NCBI GenBank assembly: GCA_011109175.1
Contig: RDEW01000009.1
Span: 702,875 to 766,874, forward strand
Direction: 5' to 3'
DNA length: 64,000 nucleotides
Source: Dicyema japonicum
Lineage: Eukaryota > Animalia > Dicyemida
In this document: positions 60,850 to 64,000 of the stretch, piece after piece
Layout: every line of letters starts with the position of its first letter
How positions within the stretch are numbered: position 1 is the first letter of the stretch
Made by a program: the position numbers and the translations under genes
Notes under the pieces: generated by a model
Told to the model about the DNA's origin: nothing
The model's database searches: none
Seen by the model: the letters and a program-made list of their open reading frames with translations, nothing else

Positions 60850-62393
60850 ATATAGAGGATGACCTAGGAGCTATGTCTATATGTTCCATGTGATTGCTTT
60901 CAGACAATGGAAACGATAAGTAGTAGGTTTGTCTTAAAAACTTTGGAAAAAAATGAATATCACATCAATTATATTTTTATTTACCCCCAGCCTCTTCAAG
61001 TGTAGAAAACCGATGTCTAGGAAAAACGTAACTAACAATGACGGACGTTTTCAGATATTCAAAGGGTAGATCCCGTGCAGGTGAAAAACAGAAGGCAGAC
61101 GAGGACACGAGAAAAGGTGATCTGTCTCGTGGTTATCTAGTGTAGATGAAGACCAAAGTGGCAACTTTTCCTACTCGGTCTTGTATAAGTAGCGGAGGCG
61201 CGCCAAATTTACCTCAATTTTACGAGGAAAAGAAGATTCACAAACATCGATGCCCGGAGGAGGGCGACCCATTAACTTGTTTAATCCAAGGTTTCGGATC
61301 GTATTTGTTGACAACTAGTGTATATTTTAGAAGTATCCTTGTTTTCCGGAAAAGATTTGAGGACGCGTCAATTATATTGACGGGAATAAACAATTAGAAC
61401 ATAAAAAATGTGGTAATAAAAATTGATAAATTAAACTAGTAGTAATCAGATTAAAACACTTCCTTGTTTCACATATGTAAATACTTAGGTTTCATCTGCG
61501 TCGTACTCTTGCATAATAATTTTTTTCAAGTAGAATTGAAACAATGAGAGTCCGGTAAAGACATTACTAGAGAAGTGTTAAATGTTCAACTAATAAAATG
61601 ATAATTGAACAATATTAAAACTGAATTCCAAAAATATTAAAATAACTAATTAAAGTCTGTAATTTGATGTCAATGCTAGTGGTCATTATTGCGAATAAAT
61701 GCAGTACTTAATAATTAAATGATTTTATTTTTACGGAAAACACAATTAATTCAAAATTACTAATCGCTTCTAAATTTTTCTCCTCTTAGAATAGGAGTCG
61801 CTGACCTGAAACCATCCGTTTCCACCTCACCAGTTTACCTGGAACAATAATTGAACTGATTTGCAAATTCCACAAGGTTGCTGTAACCAAATCTGCCTCG
61901 ATAGTGCGCACTCGTATTTATACTCGACCAACATGTCCTCTAACGTTTTCAGAAAACAATTGATTGAATGTTATAGTTGGTGCATCGATTACGATGACTT
62001 TAAGTGACATTCATAAGCCTTCGAAATGACAACGTCCCATGTTATAATAATATGTATGGCTTAGAATGGAGCATCATAAAGTAGCTTAAGCTCTCCAGCC
62101 AATAAATCGTATTTATGCAACTTTTCTACTACTGGTTATTTGAGCGAATATCCTAGGAGAGAATAGCCACGCAGTCAGGGCAGCCTCTATATAACCGTTA
62201 CTCTAGTTTCTTCAAAAAAATTTAACTTTTCTACTTAAGTGTGCTTTAATTTTTTTGTGTGCTTTAATAATCCTTAAGAAGTAATTTCAAGAAGTACAAT
62301 TTTATTCTTCTCCTCATCGTGGAAAAAATATCAAATGATTTATATTAACTAGTATTACCAGTCTTAACAAATAATATAGTAAAAGAAAATTAT

Positions 62394-62466
62394 CGACCAC
62401 GCTGGGACTCGAACCCAGAATCTCCCGATCCGTAGTCGGGTGCGTTATCCATTGCGCCACGCGGCC
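62394..62466 (-). tRNA. tRNA-Arg(ACG)
   Basis: GGCCGCGTGGCGCAATGGATAACGCACCCGACTACGGATCGGGAGATTCTGGGTTCGAGTCCCAGCGTGGTCG, 73 nt, full cloverleaf, followed by a T-run. Confidence 0.97.
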
Positions 62467-63539
62467 GACAATTGTCTAATTTATACTTAATAGCACAGTA
62501 ATTATTTATCGGCTAACTAAGCTTAAACTCATATTTGAAATGTCATCGATCACGTGGTTTATCCTTAGGAATTACATCATAAAACAAATGCAAGTTACGT
62601 TAGTAAATTAGAAGGGCCACCAATGTTTTTCTTCATCAGAAGCTTTTTATCCTTATCAAAATTACCCAAATCTTAAATGATTTGACCAGCAAAATTATCT
62701 ACGGTCCAGCATTTTTCTATTTAATGGCCGATCCCAAATTTGAAAATTCGTAGAGAGCTAATCTTCGATTAGACTTGTCATAATGAAATAAACAAAGTCG
62801 AAATTGAATACCATATTTTTAATGGCACAATTTCTTTCATGTGAGCTGGAAATAAAGTGATGTTGCCACGATTAATCATCGACGTGACTAGAGACCAATT
62901 ATCATTGAGTAATTGCGCTCCTTCGCGGATATGAAGACACAGATAAGATTGCGAATTTTTTTAGAGCCCTGACTCAATTTTTGTAGAAGATCTAAACTAA
63001 AAAAAAGTTAGCTTCGGCTGCGGGACAACCAATCAAGGTAGACATCTGTTGAAGACTCTCTGATAGTATGGGATTTAAAGTGCTATCATAGCCAACACTA
63101 CCCTCCATTTAGTGGAGACAACTATGAGTTTTTTCTAGTTTCCCCAAGCTGTTCTGACACTTTTGAATCACCCAGTCTTTCTACGGGATATAAGAAGTTA
63201 GAATGAATTTCTCTTAACGAAATAATGATCTTAAAAAGCTAATAAGAGAGCTGAAAACCATTGACGACCTGAACTCTGAGATCGCTAACAACAAAAAAAC
63301 ATGGAAAAGATCGATATTCAAAAATCTGTCTTCTACTGCGAATGCGGATCTACATGAAAGTGCTTATTGTTTATTTTTGCTGGATTGGATTTAGATCAAA
63401 GTTTTTAGCTGCCAATAAAATATTTGACTTGAAAGGAAAATTCATATAAGATATCTAAGCAGAAGAAAAGAGGACCTTCAGAACCCTCATCTCCTCTCGC
63501 CTGTTACGTCTTAAGAAAAGGACGTTTTTTATTTTCATG

Positions 63540-63900
63540 AGTCATCATCTTCTTCCTTATATCCAGATGTGAAACCTGTTTTTTATACAAAGACCGTATA
63601 CAGGCCACCTGGTAGGACTTGCGAAAGAAGAAAACTCTTTTAAACATTAGTTAGTTAAGTAACTCTAGCCTCACTAACTTGTAGGAGGCCATCAGCTGTT
63701 AAATAGGACGCAGCAGATGTTGGTCGCTCCCATAGATCGCTCAGTCCCGACATTGTAGACGAACGTTGTGATCTGTTGGTTGTCATAATAATTTTTCTTT
63801 TGTTTTGCGGTTTGCATAGAGAGTAGCAGGGATGTTCTAGGCTGCATGCTTGGAGAGGAACTGCAGGACTCTCATTTCCAGATGGTCTCCAATTGGGAAG
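63540..63900 (-). mobile_element. Ingi-group LINE C-terminal fragment
   Basis: LPIGDHLEMRVLQFL resembles the LP..DHL....QFL motif. Confidence 0.45.
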
Positions 63901-64000
63901 ATCTTTGATTCACTTTGAACATTCATTAATTTTATTTATATGCAGATTAATTTCATAACTTGATAATTGAAAATCGAAATGTTAATTTAAAATTATAAAT

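Noticed and set aside
61780-62010. Possible second NmrA-like paralogue (MSLKVIVIDAPT...)
   Set aside because: Similarity is limited to the first strand and the frame is broken by stops; unsupported.

Overview
AT-rich eukaryotic window. A SHANK-type scaffold gene points to an animal, and 22-26 nt spliceosomal introns with very divergent proteins suggest a reduced parasite genome, most plausibly a myxozoan cnidarian (inference, not proven). Host genes I recognise: CCT5, a SHANK-like gene, ATG10, an NmrA/HSCARG-like gene and tRNA-Arg(ACG). There are also several orphan ORFs, one with a ubiquitin-like domain. Much of the window is decayed or recent mobile DNA: (i) CRE-clade RLE retrotransposons with an N-terminal PHD finger; (ii) Ingi/L1Tc/Vingi-like APE retrotransposons with 2A (StopGo) peptides, relic 5' HDV-like ribozyme motifs and a recurrent 3'-UTR fold with HDV-like nested-pseudoknot topology; (iii) RTE elements sharing an invariant 17-nt 5' motif, plus an internally deleted mini-RTE; (iv) a tRNA-headed SINE with an RTE-derived tail; (v) MULE, hAT, pogo and integrase remnants. 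Several insertions keep their target-site duplications and form a nested series at 23.9-27.6 kb. No CRISPR, rRNA or prokaryotic operons were seen. All family assignments are by eye from motifs; no searches were run.
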